Part shown: positions 25,545-27,019 of the stretch, piece by piece | Position numbering within the stretch: position 1 is the first letter of the stretch | Layout of the letters: each line of letters starts with the position of its first letter | Virus record (IMG/VR): IMGVR_UViG_3300012667_000014 | Coordinates: 1-27,019 of that record | Source of the DNA: a virus | Taxonomy: Duplodnaviria > Caudoviricetes | DNA: 27,019 bases | Direction: 5' to 3' (one strand) | The notes under the pieces: model-generated | Database searches by the model: none | Told to the model about the DNA's origin: nothing | The model's input: the letters and a program-made list of their open reading frames with translations, nothing else | Program-made: the position numbers and the translations under genes

Positions 25545-25709
25545 ATGCCTACCAATTTTAAAGTCTCTGGCGACATGAAATCCAAAAAGACCCCAACAGG
25601 TCATTACGAACCCATCAAAGAGCATCGCAACGAAATGAAGCGCATTGCGGCTTTGGAAAAAGAACTCAAGCGTCACGAGAAAATGCCAGCTTCTAAGGCT
25701 CACGGTTAA
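25545..25709 (+). CDS. Lone plus-strand small basic protein (54 aa)
   Basis: MPTNFKVSGDMKSKKTPTGHYEPIKEHRNEMKRIAALEKELKRHEKMPASKAHG*; AGGA SD; occupies otherwise empty space. Confidence 0.65.
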   Translation: MPTNFKVSGDMKSKKTPTGHYEPIKEHRNEMKRIAALEKELKRHEKMPASKAHG

Positions 25710-26013
25710 GCTCGTCAGGCCATTTGCCTTGGCCTTTTAGCTGTGCCACGGTCTTTTGATAGGCCATTTGCCACAACATTCGGCGCTGTTCCTTGTTGAG
25801 CCTTGCGCCTTGGTCTAGTTCTGTGTGGCATTTTTGACACAAAGCGGCTGTGAATTCGTCACTTGCCTTGATTCCCCTGCCTTTGCCGTGTTCAGCCCAA
25901 TTACTGTGGGCGGCTTGGGTTTGGTCTTCTACATAGCAGTTTTGGCAAGGTAGGCTAGCTACGTTTTTAAGATGCTTTTTGCTTCTGAAGTAGTTGAACT
26001 TGGGAATCATCAT
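25693..26013 (-). CDS. YbcO/DUF968-like Zn-binding HNH-fold putative nuclease
   Basis: RS..HL..VA.LPCQNC...AAHSN....GKG.GIKASD....LCQKCH pattern. Confidence 0.7.
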   Translation of the reverse strand: MMIPKFNYFRSKKHLKNVASLPCQNCYVEDQTQAAHSNWAEHGKGRGIKASDEFTAALCQKCHTELDQGARLNKEQRRMLWQMAYQKTVAQLKGQGKWPDELNREP

Positions 26014-26678
26014 AAAAAGCTGACCTGTTCTTGTTTTGGTTGTTCAATGAACATATCCACTTGTTTTCTGGCTTGTTCTATGCGTTTACAGGCAATGTCA
26101 AAGTATTTTGGCTCACGCTCTATGCCTATGAACTTACGACCCATCTGGATAGCAGCTACGCCTGTTGTGCCGCTTCCCATAAATGGGTCAAGGATTGTTT
26201 TAGGGTTGCTAAGCTGGTCAATGCTCCAAGTCATTACTTGAATTGGCTTTTGTGTTGGATGCTCAGAGCCAACAAGCGAAGACCTATTAACAACAATTGA
26301 ACGCAAGGCTTTTTGTTCAGAAGTCCAAGCAAGTTCACCATCAGACATTGAAAGACCTTTTTGTCCTTTATCCCAATAAAGCCATCCCATTGTTGCTGGC
26401 AACATATCTGCAAAATAGTTTCCACCCCAAATAAGGCATTTGTCAGCAGATTTAAGCATTAAATCAAACAATTCTTTGCTAGGTCTGCCGTTATCCCATC
26501 CCAAATCTTCAAAATGTTTTCTTTTGTGTTTTTGGTTTTTTGTAAATGTTTCCTGTTGTCCAGCACGTGAAATTCCATAAGGCGGGTCAGTAATAACCGC
26601 ATCCACTTTGTCTAAAGTAGGCAGAATGTCCATGCAGTCGCCTAAATACAGCGTTGCGTCACCGATTTGCACTTTCAT
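26010..26678 (-). CDS. DNA methyltransferase (N6-adenine/N4-cytosine, beta-class order)
   Basis: Catalytic DPPY near the N-terminus, HPTQKP, SAM-binding DPFMGSGTTG, FIGIE near the C-terminus. Confidence 0.92.
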   Translation of the reverse strand: MKVQIGDATLYLGDCMDILPTLDKVDAVITDPPYGISRAGQQETFTKNQKHKRKHFEDLGWDNGRPSKELFDLMLKSADKCLIWGGNYFADMLPATMGWLYWDKGQKGLSMSDGELAWTSEQKALRSIVVNRSSLVGSEHPTQKPIQVMTWSIDQLSNPKTILDPFMGSGTTGVAAIQMGRKFIGIEREPKYFDIACKRIEQARKQVDMFIEQPKQEQVSFL

Positions 26679-27019
26679 ACAATTTCTACCACATCTTTTC
26701 CGTGACTTTTAATGTAATTGGCAGTTCTACGAATCATCTTTTCGTAGTCTGACCGTGGGATGCTAATGCGCTGAAGGTCGTGAAACTCCCACACATCCTT
26801 AATTGCTTTGATTCCTGCGCCTGACAAGCCCATCTTTTTGGTGTCTTGGTAGCGTTTGGCGGCTTCTAGCATTGCATCTTGTGCAGCCTGGCAATACGGC
26901 AGCACTTCAGGACCAATGCCAGCTTTGCCCATTGTTTCGGCAATGTTGATAACGTCAGCTAGCCAGCGCCAATCTTCTGTCGTTCCCATGCCTTTGGTCA
27001 TTGCGTCAATGGCTGAAAG
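26675..27019 (-). CDS. Hypothetical protein (5' partial)
   Basis: Frame stays open to the window edge (LSAIDAMTKG...); stop overlaps the MTase start. Confidence 0.65.
   Translation of the reverse strand, partial: LSAIDAMTKGMGTTEDWRWLADVINIAETMGKAGIGPEVLPYCQAAQDAMLEAAKRYQDTKKMGLSGAGIKAIKDVWEFHDLQRISIPRSDYEKMIRRTANYIKSHGKDVVEIV

Noticed and set aside
666-26300. Numerous plus-strand and nested ORFs in the six-frame track
   Set aside because: They are antisense or alternate-frame shadows of well-supported minus-strand genes with no recognisable motifs. Only Rz1 and the 25545-25709 portion were retained.
1-27019. CRISPR array, integrase/att site or stop-codon reassignment
   Set aside because: No regularly spaced direct repeats seen, no recombinase in the window, and all core genes are full length under the standard code.

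Overview
A 27-kb segment of a tailed dsDNA phage with P22-like (podovirus) gene order, covering essentially the whole late region on the minus strand. In transcription order (right to left): a partial hypothetical gene, an N6A/N4C DNA methyltransferase, a YbcO/DUF968-like nuclease, a near-consensus sigma70 promoter, several small ORFs including a GroES-like co-chaperonin, terminase small subunit, tRNA-Asn(GTT), a compact ~165-nt structured element, terminase large subunit, portal, scaffold, coat, a glycosyltransferase, fibre proteins (one with a peptidase-S74 chaperone), gp4-like adaptor, a free-standing HNH endonuclease, gp10-like tail hub, a GNAT-like protein, three ejection proteins, a short tail-collar protein and a lysis cassette (holin, Rz/Rz1 spanins, M15 endolysin). 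The spanins imply a Gram-negative host. The strongest candidate for something undescribed is the RNA element between tRNA-Asn and terL: a GNRA-capped long stem next to a five-way junction whose four loops form two complementary pairs. Also notable are a hairpin that occludes the HNH ribosome-binding site, a ~70-aa domain inserted into both gp4 and gp10, and strong GATC/CCGG avoidance. All protein calls come from motif recognition and synteny; no database searches or folding programs were run.
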